DNA from: Nitrospirota bacterium
GTDB taxonomy: Bacteria > Nitrospirota > Thermodesulfovibrionia > Thermodesulfovibrionales > Dissulfurispiraceae
Reading direction: 5' to 3'
Length of the DNA: 64,000 nucleotides
NCBI GenBank assembly: GCA_040758355.1
Contig: JBFLWF010000004.1
Span: 1-64,000 of the forward strand
Each line of letters starts with the position of its first letter. Position 1 is the first letter of the stretch. The translations under genes and the position numbers were made by a program. Under the pieces are notes generated by a model. That model was not told the origin of the DNA, made no database searches, and was given only the letters and a program-made list of their open reading frames with translations. Shown here in pieces: positions 49,437 through 58,843 of this stretch.

Positions 49437-49937
49437 ATGAACAGAAGAGGTATTTTTGTTTTTTTTGTTTTAGTATTTTTTTGTATCCCGGCAGTAAGTG
49501 TTTTATCTGCCGAGAAACTCGATATTGAACATCCTTTTAAGAGTCCGAAAAAATATACCGAAAAGGAGAAATGCGACAACTGCGGTATGAACTTGAATAA
49601 GTTTGCAAGGACGAGGTACGAGTTTCAGACATCGAAGGGTACATTCCATACATGCTCGATACAATGTGTTGCTGTAATGGGCATGAAGCTGAAAGAGGAA
49701 CCAAAAAATGTGAAAGCGGCTGAATATCTCCATCCGGAGCATATGCTCGATGCTGAAAAGGCATTTTTTGTCGTGGGTTCTACAGCGCCCGGGACAATGA
49801 CCACAAAGAGCAAGATAGCATTTCCATCGAAGAAAGAGGCAGAAAGGTTTGCTGCCAAATACGGCGGCACTGTGACCAATTATGAAGGCGCCCTGTCCGA
49901 GGCAAAGAAGGGTGTTTATGTCGGGCACAACCACTAA
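49437..49937 (+). CDS. nosL: Second NosL-family protein (non-lipoprotein)
   Basis: CDNCGM, CSIQC, DAEKAFFVVGS...GTM, AF, F...YGG. Confidence 0.8.
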   Translation: MNRRGIFVFFVLVFFCIPAVSVLSAEKLDIEHPFKSPKKYTEKEKCDNCGMNLNKFARTRYEFQTSKGTFHTCSIQCVAVMGMKLKEEPKNVKAAEYLHPEHMLDAEKAFFVVGSTAPGTMTTKSKIAFPSKKEAERFAAKYGGTVTNYEGALSEAKKGVYVGHNH

Positions 49938-49964
49938 TCGAACAAAAGGCAATCGGTAGACTCT

Positions 49965-51131
49965 TTGAAGCACTTTAATCTTCTATATACTGCTATAGGG
50001 AATATAACAAGACACAGGCTGAGGAGTATTGTTGTGATCCTCTGCCTTGTGGCTATCCTGTTTCCGTTCATATCCGCAATTGCCATCCTGGACGGCGTTA
50101 AGTCCCAATCCCGCATTTCTGTGAATGAGGGGGCAAACATATATGTGACAATGGACATGTACGGCAGAAACGGTGTTACCCCCATCGAAATGGTCGAACC
50201 GATAAAAAAGGTAGATGGCGTCATAAAGGCAGTTCCGAGGGCCATCGGCAGGATATACATCAGCGGCAAGCTGGCAGTCCTGCTCGGAATACCAATTGAT
50301 GAATTGTCATCGGTAAGTTTTATCAGGGGAACATTGCCGAAGGCCGGTGAAATAGTCATCGGCAAAGGCATGGCAGATGCCCTCAATCTGAATATCAACG
50401 ACAGCATAACCATTGGAGTAAGGATAATGGCCATTATCGATGATACACCGTATATAATAAAAAGGCAGTATCGCATAGCAGGGATATTCGAACCACAATC
50501 AGGCATATGGGCATCCGACCTTGTTATGATGGATATCGATGATGCCAATTCGGTTTTTGAGACAGAGGGCTTTGCAACAGACATTGCTGTGTATGTAAAG
50601 CCCGGATATGAGTCGTCTGTGAGTAAAAGCATTCAGAAAATAAATCCCTTTTTCAGGATACAGACTAAAGGGCTTGTTAAGACCTATTTTGAGAGGGGAT
50701 TTAATATAAAGGGCGGCATCTTTGCCGCCCTTTACACTCTGGCCTTTGCCCTCGCTATCCCTGCAATCCTTGTCTCATCGGGCTTTGGCATGTCAGAGAG
50801 GAGGAAGGAGATAGGGATATTGAAGGCAGCCGGCTGGCAGACCCATGATGTTCTCGAGATGGTTCTTTTTGAGAATATTGTCCTTGCTATGATAAGCGCT
50901 CCGCTTTCCTTTATTATCTCATTCGTATGGGTGAGGTTATTCAACGGCTTTTTCATCGCCCAATTCTTTATTGCAGGCATAGAGAGCATCCCTTCATTCC
51001 CTGTGCCGTCTAAATTCATGCCTTTGCCGTTTTTGCTCTCCATATTCTTTTCCCTTGTCCTCACAATGGTAGGGAGCATCTATTCTGCGTGGAGGGCAGC
51101 CACTGTTCCACCTGCCGAGGCATTGAGATGA
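49965..51131 (+). CDS. MacB/FtsX-type ABC permease
   Basis: ERRKEIGILKA.GW; large periplasmic loop. Confidence 0.85.
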   Translation: MKHFNLLYTAIGNITRHRLRSIVVILCLVAILFPFISAIAILDGVKSQSRISVNEGANIYVTMDMYGRNGVTPIEMVEPIKKVDGVIKAVPRAIGRIYISGKLAVLLGIPIDELSSVSFIRGTLPKAGEIVIGKGMADALNLNINDSITIGVRIMAIIDDTPYIIKRQYRIAGIFEPQSGIWASDLVMMDIDDANSVFETEGFATDIAVYVKPGYESSVSKSIQKINPFFRIQTKGLVKTYFERGFNIKGGIFAALYTLAFALAIPAILVSSGFGMSERRKEIGILKAAGWQTHDVLEMVLFENIVLAMISAPLSFIISFVWVRLFNGFFIAQFFIAGIESIPSFPVPSKFMPLPFLLSIFFSLVLTMVGSIYSAWRAATVPPAEALR

Positions 51132-51799
51132 GTTTTATTCGGTGCGAAGGCGTATGGAAGATCTACAACGAGGCCAAGCCCTATGAGGTCAGGGCACTCG
51201 AGGATGCGAGTTTGGACATCGAGAAGGGTTCTTTTGCCATTTTCACAGGGCCATCAGGTTCCGGCAAGACAACCCTTATAAGCATAATAGGCTGCATTGA
51301 CAGACAGACAAGGGGAAGGGTATATATAGATGGAAAGGACCTGACCGATTTATCGGACATCGCACTTTCTTCATTAAGACGGAAAAGGATAGGTTTTGTA
51401 TTCCAGAACTTCAATCTCATACAGGGGCTTCCTGCATGGGAGAATGTATCCATGCCACTCATACCGATGGGAATGAAGGAGAATGATAGAAAACACACAG
51501 CAATTGAACTCCTGAAAAAAGTGGGATTGTCAGAGAGGTCTGAGCATTCGCCTGAAGAGATGAGCGGAGGAGAACAGCAGAGGGTTGCCATTGCAAGGGC
51601 ACTGGTCAACAATCCTGACATAATCATCCTCGATGAGCCTACATCGAATATAGATATCGATGCCGCATGTCTACTGATAGATATCCTTTCGGATTTAAAG
51701 CGGGAAGGCAAAACAATTCTCATGGCATCCCATGACGAAGGCATGCTGAAAATTGCCGATATAATCCATGAACTGAAACGCGGCCGTTTAGTAAAATGA
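51128..51799 (+). CDS. LolD/MacB-type ABC ATPase
   Basis: GPSGSGKTT, GFVFQ.FNL, SGGEQQRVAIARAL, DEPT. Confidence 0.9.
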   Translation: MSFIRCEGVWKIYNEAKPYEVRALEDASLDIEKGSFAIFTGPSGSGKTTLISIIGCIDRQTRGRVYIDGKDLTDLSDIALSSLRRKRIGFVFQNFNLIQGLPAWENVSMPLIPMGMKENDRKHTAIELLKKVGLSERSEHSPEEMSGGEQQRVAIARALVNNPDIIILDEPTSNIDIDAACLLIDILSDLKREGKTILMASHDEGMLKIADIIHELKRGRLVK

Positions 51800-52803
51800 T
51801 ACTCAACGCTTTCACCATAATAATGCTCTTTATTGCAGTCCTCACAGGCGTCCTCGCCATCCCCCTCGGCATCCTCTCCTTTAAGGTTTATCAGAAATGG
51901 GGCAATGTCCTTTATGACGAGGAAAAGACCGCTATTATAAACAGGTCTTATCTCCTCGGTCTCATGGCCACTGTAATACTCTTTGTAAGGCTCCTTTCGT
52001 GGCCTTTGTTTTATGTGGCACTCCAGAGCTATGTTCCTGATGTCCACGGCGCAATGTGCATCTTTGGTGTTACAAGGCTCCAGCCAAATTTAACGGGGAT
52101 TGTCCAGGTATTAAAGCCCCTTGTATTTTTCTCGATTGGGGCATGGCTCCTCCTGAACCGCCTTGACAGGGCGACTGAGACCTCTCCGCTCTTCAGGAGG
52201 AAATTCCTCTTTCTTTCCATTGTGAGCGTTATGATAATCATGGACAGCACAGGAGACCTGATATACCTTACGGGATTTGATGTAAAGACATTTGTTTCTT
52301 GCTGCACTACCTACTTTGATCTGCCGGAAAGGCCTACAGCCGTGATTACAGAGTCATTATTGGGTGAAGGTTATGACCGCTATATGCTTCCCCTGTATTA
52401 TCTATCCGGCGCTTTATTCATTGCCGTGCAGTTTATCTCGTACCACCGCATGAGGAAAGGCTTTTCACATTCTATTAAGATCGGAATAATCGGCTTCGTC
52501 ATAGCTGTGATAAACGCAGTGATTACCGTTCTATCCATGTTTGAGGTTATTGCCCCTGAGATTATGAATATGCCTTTGCATCACTGCATCTATTGCATGT
52601 GGCAATATTCACCGCATTCCATTCTGATGACAACTCTATTTATTATTGGCACATTCTCGCCTGGATGGTCCCTTATCCTCAATGTAACAGGAAGGGACAA
52701 AGAGACAACGGCAGTTCTTGAAAGTTACCTTAAGAATCTCAATATACTCGGCATCGCAGGAATAGGCGCATCAGTATTAATGGCTACAGTGCATTTAGTC
52801 TGA
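51796..52803 (+). CDS. Polytopic membrane protein with Cys/His motifs
   Basis: GAMC, SCC, HHCIYC motifs; about 8 TM. Confidence 0.65.
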   Translation: MILNAFTIIMLFIAVLTGVLAIPLGILSFKVYQKWGNVLYDEEKTAIINRSYLLGLMATVILFVRLLSWPLFYVALQSYVPDVHGAMCIFGVTRLQPNLTGIVQVLKPLVFFSIGAWLLLNRLDRATETSPLFRRKFLFLSIVSVMIIMDSTGDLIYLTGFDVKTFVSCCTTYFDLPERPTAVITESLLGEGYDRYMLPLYYLSGALFIAVQFISYHRMRKGFSHSIKIGIIGFVIAVINAVITVLSMFEVIAPEIMNMPLHHCIYCMWQYSPHSILMTTLFIIGTFSPGWSLILNVTGRDKETTAVLESYLKNLNILGIAGIGASVLMATVHLV

Positions 52804-52806
52804 TTA

Positions 52807-52845
52807 AGGGACACACAATCCACATTTCGGGGCAATGATGTCCCA
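52807..52845 (+). promoter_or_regulatory. Upstream activator sites (pair, 21-bp period)
   Basis: AGGGACACACAATCCACA (52807-52824), CGGGGCAATGATGTCCCA (52828-52845). Confidence 0.6.
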
Positions 52846-52906
52846 TTTATCAGAGATGCATACCGTAATCTATAACCTATAGCCTTGTTTTTCAACGGCT
52901 TTTTTA

Positions 52907-52922
52907 TGGCATCTATTTTGCA
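52907..52922 (+). promoter_or_regulatory. sigma54 promoter
   Basis: TGGCATCTATTTTGCA, GG-N10-GC. Confidence 0.75.
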
Positions 52923-52960
52923 ACGATATTGCATCGATGCCCTAAAACTGCAACTTCAAG

Positions 52961-52989
52961 TTGACATCCAACAGGGAGGTTTATAAAAT
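52961..52989 (+). promoter_or_regulatory. sigma70 promoter giving a leaderless transcript of leader peptide 1
   Basis: TTGACA-17-TAAAAT; ATG 52996 is 7 nt after the -10 box. Confidence 0.65.
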
Positions 52990-52995
52990 TAAATA

Positions 52996-53277
52996 ATGAG
53001 GCTGATTTCAGTAATAATTCTGATCGCCCTGAGCCTGTCGGTGATACCGCAGACGGTTGTTATACACCCATATGCCGGCACAGAGACGTCTATTTCGGTG
53101 CTTAATGTCTGCAACGGCTCCGGCACAGGCGTTCTGAGCAGCCTTGATATGCCATTTGTTAATGAATGTCCGTGCAAGCTTGTTCCATCGAGCTTTGCCG
53201 GTTTCCACGATATTCCAAATCCCATATTTAATCGATTCTTGGTAGCCTTTCAAAAAGAGCGCCCCCCTAAAGTCTAA
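52996..53277 (+). CDS. Putative metal-sensing ribosome-arrest leader peptide 1 (CruR/CutF/DUF2946-like)
   Basis: Signal peptide, VCN, ECPC, C-terminal ERPP. Confidence 0.65.
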   Translation: MRLISVIILIALSLSVIPQTVVIHPYAGTETSISVLNVCNGSGTGVLSSLDMPFVNECPCKLVPSSFAGFHDIPNPIFNRFLVAFQKERPPKV

Positions 53278-53436
53278 TCTGTAGTTCCGAAGTTGCGAGT
53301 TGCTTTCATCTTACAGGCATTTCTGTGTCTGTATTTCGGATTGTCCATTAGGACATTCCTCCCCGTTTGACTCGGCTCCACTTCGGGAATCAACGCAAGA
53401 TCATAATCAAAAATTTCTGAAGTGGAGTCTTTTTTT
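53275..53436 (+). promoter_or_regulatory. Attenuator RNA copy 1 (antiterminator plus intrinsic terminator)
   Basis: 53275-53394 nearly identical to 59250-59370; stem 53374-53390/53413-53429 plus T7; alternative pairing with 53285-53293. Confidence 0.7.
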
Positions 53437-53459
53437 AAGATTTATCAGGAGGGTTTATA

Positions 53460-53642
53460 ATGGAAACAAACAATGAAGATGTAAATATGGGTTCGCTTTT
53501 AATTGAAACAGGTACAACAATTGCTTCTTTAATCCTGTTTCCGGTTCTGGCTCAGAGCTTGAAAATTCCCCCTGCACTTGTGCATGCTTTAAGAGTGATA
53601 AAAGCGAGAAGAAATGAATTAAGGGTTGAAACTACGAAATAA
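53460..53642 (+). CDS. Small hypothetical protein
   Basis: Strong RBS caggaggg; first ORF after the attenuator. Confidence 0.45.
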   Translation: METNNEDVNMGSLLIETGTTIASLILFPVLAQSLKIPPALVHALRVIKARRNELRVETTK

Positions 53643-53826
53643 AAATAAAGCAGATTTTAGCGGGTTGACAGAGAAGAGAAACTGTAAACTTAGATGCGAT
53701 CTCTGTCAGCTTGAGATAGAAGGGAAGCCGTTTGTTTTACATACAAAAGAAGGGGATAGATATTTCTGCTGTAAGGGCTGTATAGGAGTGTATGAAATTC
53801 TGCACTGGAATGAACTATCAAAATAA
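53626..53826 (+). CDS. Stand-alone metal-binding domain (TRASH/CcoI N-terminal-like)
   Basis: CDLC...FCCKGC.GVY; start uncertain. Confidence 0.7.
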   Translation: MKLRNKNKADFSGLTEKRNCKLRCDLCQLEIEGKPFVLHTKEGDRYFCCKGCIGVYEILHWNELSK

Positions 53827-53850
53827 GGCAGACGTCAGGAGGTGATGGAT

Positions 53851-53916
53851 ATGGCTTCAAGGTTTAGATTCATAATACCGAGGGTAGCCCACTGTAGCGA
53901 GGGTTGCCATAGATAG
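53851..53916 (+). CDS. 21-aa small ORF with HCxxxCH motif
   Basis: AGGAGGTG SD; MASRFRFIIPRVAHCSEGCHR. Confidence 0.45.
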   Translation: MASRFRFIIPRVAHCSEGCHR

Positions 53917-54004
53917 TCCCGGGCATGACTTTAAACTGCCTGTTAGGAGCTTCTGGATAGCATGTGCCACCTGTAGCTTAAGACAGGAAGTTTTACGGGA
54001 GAAC

Positions 54005-54033
54005 TTGACGGAAGCAGGATTTCATATTACACT
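54005..54033 (+). promoter_or_regulatory. sigma70 promoter upstream of the Cu-ATPase genes
   Basis: TTGACG-17-TACACT. Confidence 0.55.
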
Positions 54034-54068
54034 TGAGGTACGATTTGAAGAAATTCAGGGGGTGTGTT

Positions 54069-54446
54069 ATGGATCCGAAGATGATGGAAGAGTGCGCAAA
54101 GATGATGCAGGCTATGCAAGCTGGGGAAGGCAGTAAAATGGCTGCGGGTGCGACAGCAGGTGGTTATTTTCTGGGAAAGGGGATATTACGGAGACTCTTC
54201 GCAAGCCCTCTGGCAGTATTCGGCATCGGCGCTGCAGCAGGGATATTGGCTTATAAATATAGAAAAGAGATAATTAATGCCGTTGAACCTGCCAGGAAGG
54301 AAATTGTAAAGGCAGCCATGAAGGCGGCCGATGTTGGAAAGGATTTTGTCCTTGAGCAGAAAGAGAAGCTCTCCGATATAATCGCCGAAATAAAGGAGGA
54401 AGAGGAGGAAAAGGCCAAAAAACCCAAGGAAGCCCCTGAGAGATAA
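54069..54446 (+). CDS. Glycine-zipper membrane/coiled-coil small protein
   Basis: Met-rich N-terminus; GATAGG and GIGAAAG; charged helical tail. Confidence 0.6.
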   Translation: MDPKMMEECAKMMQAMQAGEGSKMAAGATAGGYFLGKGILRRLFASPLAVFGIGAAAGILAYKYRKEIINAVEPARKEIVKAAMKAADVGKDFVLEQKEKLSDIIAEIKEEEEEKAKKPKEAPER

Positions 54447-54450
54447 AGAT

Positions 54451-54996
54451 ATGAAAGGCCCGGGATCTGTTATAGATGATATCTACTTGCGTTATTCCGG
54501 AAAGGGGCATCTCAGGTTTTCCATCCCCCATGAGATATGTGGCGATGAGGCATCTGCTGTAATAGAGCAGGAGCTCATCCGGAAGGAAGGAGTTTACAGG
54601 GTCAGTGTATTTAAAAAGAGCAAGAAACTCTCGATCCGGTTTGATGAGACGGTTACGGGATTTAAAGATATATGCCTGAGCCTTAAGGAGATCGTGGAGG
54701 GGCTGCCCGAAACATCCCTGCAGAAGCCTGCCATTTCCGATCCCCCGGCCTTCTGGAGTGGACTGAAGGCAAAGATTAAGAAGGGGGAGAAGATACTTAG
54801 CGGTAAAATACCGATAACTAAAAAGGCAGAAAAAGAAGTAATAACCATCCTCAATGAAATTGCCGTATTCTACCTGATAGCACTCCACAGGGATGTTATC
54901 ACGAAAAAGCTGATCAAGAGCCCTCTTAAATATATTGGTGCATGGCTTACCCTCTTTTATCTTATTTTTCTCTATGTAAGACACAAGAAAGGCTGA
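54451..54996 (+). CDS. HMA2-like domain membrane protein
   Basis: Y..KGHLRF, GVYRV, KLSI.FD; two C-terminal hydrophobic segments. Confidence 0.6.
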   Translation: MKGPGSVIDDIYLRYSGKGHLRFSIPHEICGDEASAVIEQELIRKEGVYRVSVFKKSKKLSIRFDETVTGFKDICLSLKEIVEGLPETSLQKPAISDPPAFWSGLKAKIKKGEKILSGKIPITKKAEKEVITILNEIAVFYLIALHRDVITKKLIKSPLKYIGAWLTLFYLIFLYVRHKKG

Positions 54997-54997
54997 G

Positions 54998-57460
54998 ATG
55001 ACCGAAAAAACGCTCCCTTTCACCGTAGTCCACACACTTAAAAGGAGGTTGAGGGTCAAGGTCCCTGTTATAAGGAAAGACCCTCAAAAGGCATATATCC
55101 TTGAGATACTTTTGCGGAAGAGACCGGGGATAAAGGGTGTCAAATCCATTCCTCATACAGCAGGGGTTGTTATCCTTTTCGATCCATGCGAGCTTTCTCT
55201 AAATGACCTCCTCATGTTTTTAAAGGGTGTTGTCTCTGCACTCCCTGAGAAAAGGCTGTCATTCTTCAATAAGAAACATAGAAAAAAAACAACCTCATCC
55301 TTGCCATCAAGAGAGGTGAACCTTGCAATAGAAGGCATGACATGTCTGGCCTGTGCCCTCCTGATAGAGCTTGTTCTGAACAGGCATGATGATATAGAAA
55401 AGGCCTCAGTCAACTTCGCATCATCAACAGCCACGGTGCTTGGAGCGGCTTCGAGGGAGGAGATATTCGATTCCATCAAGAGGCTGGGTTATACGCCGCG
55501 GCCAATGGATACGCTCAGCCAGAGAAGGCTTCTCATGGAAAGGGAAAAGGAGCGCTTGAGAGAGGCAAAGAGGAGATTTATCTTCTCATCTCTGCTTACA
55601 CTTCCGGTTGTTGCAGCAGGCATGGCCATGCCAAGGTCGTTTGTTCCAAGATTTATCTCATTTCTGTTTGCCACGCCTGTGGTCTTCGGGGCAGGCAAAA
55701 CATTTTTTGCAAAGGCCATTAATCTGTCCAGGCAGGGAGCGACCAGCATGGATACCCTTATAGCCCTCGGCTCTGGTTCTGCATATTTCTACAGTACGGC
55801 AGCATTCCTTACAGGGAAAAGGGGTCTGTACTTTGATGCAGCGGCAGGGATAATAACGCTTATACTCTTTGGCAGATACCTCGAGGAAAAGGCAAAAGGC
55901 AAGGCAAGTGAAGCCGTAAGAAAGCTCATTGAACTCCAACCACTCACAGCCACAGTGATAAGGGACGGCGAGGAGAAAAGGATCGGGATTGATGAAGTGG
56001 TTGTTTACGATGAAATAATCGCGCGTTCCGGAGAAAGGATCCCTGTGGATGGAGAGGTTATTTTTGGAACTGCAGCAGTGGATGAATCCCTTGTTACCGG
56101 CGAGAGCATGCCGGTTGCTAAAAAACCAAAAAGCATGGTGACAGGTGGAACCATAAACATAAGCGGCACGATACGATTTAAGGCAACTGCCGTGGGAGCA
56201 GACACAATACTTTCCGGGATAATCAAAATGGTTGACCATGCACAGTCCTCAAAGGTTCCGGTCCAGCGACTGGCCGATAAGGTCTCCTCTGTCTTTATCC
56301 CTGTTGTTATGGGGATATCGGGAATGACATTTTTAGGATGGTTGCTCAGGGGCTATTCATTGTCAGCGTCCATGATGAATTCGGTCTCTGTGCTGTTAAT
56401 AGCCTGCCCGTGCTCCCTTGGCCTTGCCACACCCACGGCTATAATGGCAGGGACCGGAAGGGCGGCCAGGGAAGGGATATTTATAAGAAATGCAGAGGCT
56501 TTGGAAACTGCCTGTAAAATAGATGTCCTGATCATGGACAAGACAGGCACGATTACCGAGGGAATGCCTGCAGTGACAGACTTCCTGAACATCTCTAAGA
56601 TGAAAGATGATAAGGTGATACAATTTGCTGCCTCTGCCGAGTATTATTCAGAACACCATCTGGGCAATGCAGTCGTGGACTATGCAAGGTCAAAGGATAT
56701 AAGAATTGTTGAGGCATCTAAATTTAAATCCTTTATCGGCAAAGGGATTAAGGCGGTTGTAAATAAAAAGGAGGTAGTGGTTGGTAATGCTGTCCTGTTT
56801 AAAAACCAGAAAATACCTTTAGGAGGGTTGTTGAAAGAGGCAAGCCGATTGAGCGAACAAGGCAAGACCCCTGTTTTTATAGGAGTAGATGGTAAGGCTG
56901 TTGGTCTCCTTGCCATTTCAGACAGCCCCAGAAAGACATCCTCTGATGCAATAAAAAAACTCGGGTCAATGGGCATAGAGACCATCATGGTCACAGGCGA
57001 CAATCCGAGGACAGCCAGATATATTGCCGAAATGGTCGGAATAGAACATGTCATTGCCCACGCAGTCCCGGAGCAGAAGGTAAAGATAATAAAATCGCTG
57101 AGAGAAAAGGGGAGGGTCGTTGGGATGATAGGCGATGGCATTAATGATGCCCCAGCCCTTGCTACTGCGGATGTTGGGTTTGCCATAGGCACAGGCACAG
57201 ATATAGCGATTGAGACTGCCCAGGTTACCCTTGTGGGCGGGGATATCTCCAAGGTGCTGGATGCCATCTCTCTCAGCAGAAAAACAATGACCATTATCAA
57301 ACAGAACCTCTTCTGGGCATTTGCCTATAATACCCTCTCCATACCGCTGGCAGCCTTTGGTGCATTAAGCCCCACCATAGCTGCAGGGGCGATGGCCTTG
57401 AGTTCTGTTTCGGTTGTAACCAATTCCCTCAGATTGCAGAAATATAAGAGTGATATATAG
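54998..57460 (+). CDS. copA: Cu(I)-translocating P1B-1 ATPase with extra N-terminal HMA2-like domain
   Basis: GMTCLAC, TGES, CPC, DKTGT, GDGINDAP, YN, MALSS. Confidence 0.9.
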   Translation: MTEKTLPFTVVHTLKRRLRVKVPVIRKDPQKAYILEILLRKRPGIKGVKSIPHTAGVVILFDPCELSLNDLLMFLKGVVSALPEKRLSFFNKKHRKKTTSSLPSREVNLAIEGMTCLACALLIELVLNRHDDIEKASVNFASSTATVLGAASREEIFDSIKRLGYTPRPMDTLSQRRLLMEREKERLREAKRRFIFSSLLTLPVVAAGMAMPRSFVPRFISFLFATPVVFGAGKTFFAKAINLSRQGATSMDTLIALGSGSAYFYSTAAFLTGKRGLYFDAAAGIITLILFGRYLEEKAKGKASEAVRKLIELQPLTATVIRDGEEKRIGIDEVVVYDEIIARSGERIPVDGEVIFGTAAVDESLVTGESMPVAKKPKSMVTGGTINISGTIRFKATAVGADTILSGIIKMVDHAQSSKVPVQRLADKVSSVFIPVVMGISGMTFLGWLLRGYSLSASMMNSVSVLLIACPCSLGLATPTAIMAGTGRAAREGIFIRNAEALETACKIDVLIMDKTGTITEGMPAVTDFLNISKMKDDKVIQFAASAEYYSEHHLGNAVVDYARSKDIRIVEASKFKSFIGKGIKAVVNKKEVVVGNAVLFKNQKIPLGGLLKEASRLSEQGKTPVFIGVDGKAVGLLAISDSPRKTSSDAIKKLGSMGIETIMVTGDNPRTARYIAEMVGIEHVIAHAVPEQKVKIIKSLREKGRVVGMIGDGINDAPALATADVGFAIGTGTDIAIETAQVTLVGGDISKVLDAISLSRKTMTIIKQNLFWAFAYNTLSIPLAAFGALSPTIAAGAMALSSVSVVTNSLRLQKYKSDI

Positions 57461-57887
57461 TATGCTGGTTTCTGTTATCAAGACAATTCTTGCAGTATTG
57501 CTGGTGTTTTATTATACTCATGCCTGCCGGCAGTATGAACCTGATTATGGACCCGACTGTGATATTGACAGGGGTCCCTGTACTAAAAGGATTGACAATA
57601 TAGAGATTGCCATTGACATAAACCCAAAGCCTGTGGAGGCAATGAAAGAACTCTCATTCACTGTTAATTTAAGAGGCAGCAGTGGCCATGAAAAATTAAT
57701 TGTCGACCTCGTTATGCCTGGCATGTATATGGGGGAAAACAGGGTTTTATTGAAAAAGTCTGCTGACGGTGAATTTACCGGCGTAGGTATAATACCGAGA
57801 TGTCCCAGCGGGAAAAGGCTGTGGCGTGCCACGATAGAAATACCCGATATAGGGAAAGTTGATTTTTTATTCAATGTTAAAAAGTGA
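57450..57887 (+). CDS. FixH/YtkA-like exported protein
   Basis: N-terminal TM; CDI..GPC, MPGMYMG, IPRC..G...W. Confidence 0.6.
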   Translation: MIYSMLVSVIKTILAVLLVFYYTHACRQYEPDYGPDCDIDRGPCTKRIDNIEIAIDINPKPVEAMKELSFTVNLRGSSGHEKLIVDLVMPGMYMGENRVLLKKSADGEFTGVGIIPRCPSGKRLWRATIEIPDIGKVDFLFNVKK

Positions 57888-58563
57888 TTCCCTTTATATT
57901 TTGATGTTTACCTCAGGCCTCCTCGGCGGTTTTGGACATTGCATCGGCATGTGCGGCCCGATTGTAGCTACATATTCGCTGAATTTAAAGGGCAGGTACC
58001 TTCCCCATCTGCTCTACAATCTGGGAAGGATCACCACTTATACCATCATCGGCGGGATAATGGGATTAACAGGTTCATTTGTTGGTGTTGTTAAATTCAT
58101 AAAAGGCCTTCAGAATATAACGATGGCATTTGCCGGGATAATGATGGTCCTCATGGGGCTTGGTATTGGTGGATGGTTGCCATTTTTAAAAGGCAAAAAC
58201 ACCCCTTCTCTGATCCCTTTTATAGCCCGTGCAATGCGATCGATTTCCGAGGTGAAGACAATAAGTGCATTTTACCCAATGGGTGTTATACTCGGGTTTC
58301 TTCCCTGCGGAATCCTTTATACTGCCTTTATTGCAGCAGCGGGTGTGGGCATGGAATCCGGGAATCAAATCGAGGGATTTCTGAAAGGGATGCTCATGTT
58401 GTTTTTATTCGGGGTCGGCACATTTCCATCTCTTTTTCTCTTTGGGAAGTTTGTCTCAGTTATAGGCGAAAAGTTGAGGGGAAAGCTATATAAAGGCTCT
58501 GCAATCCTGATTATTTTGATGGGGATCATATTTGTTTACAGGTCATTAAAACTGTGGTACTAA
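57874..58563 (+). CDS. DsbD_2/TauE-like membrane protein (HCxGMCG family)
   Basis: HCIGMCG, YNLGRI..Y, GFLPCG..Y, FG.GT.P. Confidence 0.85.
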   Translation: MLKSDSLYILMFTSGLLGGFGHCIGMCGPIVATYSLNLKGRYLPHLLYNLGRITTYTIIGGIMGLTGSFVGVVKFIKGLQNITMAFAGIMMVLMGLGIGGWLPFLKGKNTPSLIPFIARAMRSISEVKTISAFYPMGVILGFLPCGILYTAFIAAAGVGMESGNQIEGFLKGMLMLFLFGVGTFPSLFLFGKFVSVIGEKLRGKLYKGSAILIILMGIIFVYRSLKLWY

Positions 58564-58574
58564 AACTTTAATAT

Positions 58575-58702
58575 GCGGAAAACAAAGCATTTTCGCTTCA
58601 TTCTCGGCAGGCATCCAGCCTGCCTCCGAAGCAAAGACAGCCCGCTTAGGCATCCATGCCACGCTTGGGCTGTCCAAGTCGCTCCAATACTTTGTCTTCC
58701 GC
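58575..58702. repeat. MITE/REP-like structured intergenic element
   Basis: Terminal inverted repeats GCGGAAAACAAAGCATT / AATACTTTGTCTTCCGC; internal hairpins, GGCATCCA twice. Confidence 0.55.
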
Positions 58703-58748
58703 TTTGACTTGCGTAATTTATGAATTATAGGCTAAAAGAGGAGAAAAT

Positions 58749-58766
58749 TGCGGCATAAATGTCACA
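58749..58766 (+). promoter_or_regulatory. Upstream activator site
   Basis: TGCGGCATAAATGTCACA, same consensus as 29642 and 52828. Confidence 0.65.
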
Positions 58767-58827
58767 GTGTGTTTGTGCAGGGGAATATGCCTTGCTGAAA
58801 ATAAAGCGTTTTTTCTCTGGTTTTAAT

Positions 58828-58843
58828 AGGCATAATATTTGCT
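58828..58843 (+). promoter_or_regulatory. sigma54 promoter
   Basis: AGGCATAATATTTGCT, GG-N10-GC. Confidence 0.75.

Noticed and set aside
53275..53394. Known metabolite riboswitch (cobalamin, Moco, T-box) or CRISPR repeat
   Set aside because: I could not recognise the conserved boxes, and there are only two copies 6 kb apart with no spacers. An Rfam search is still needed.
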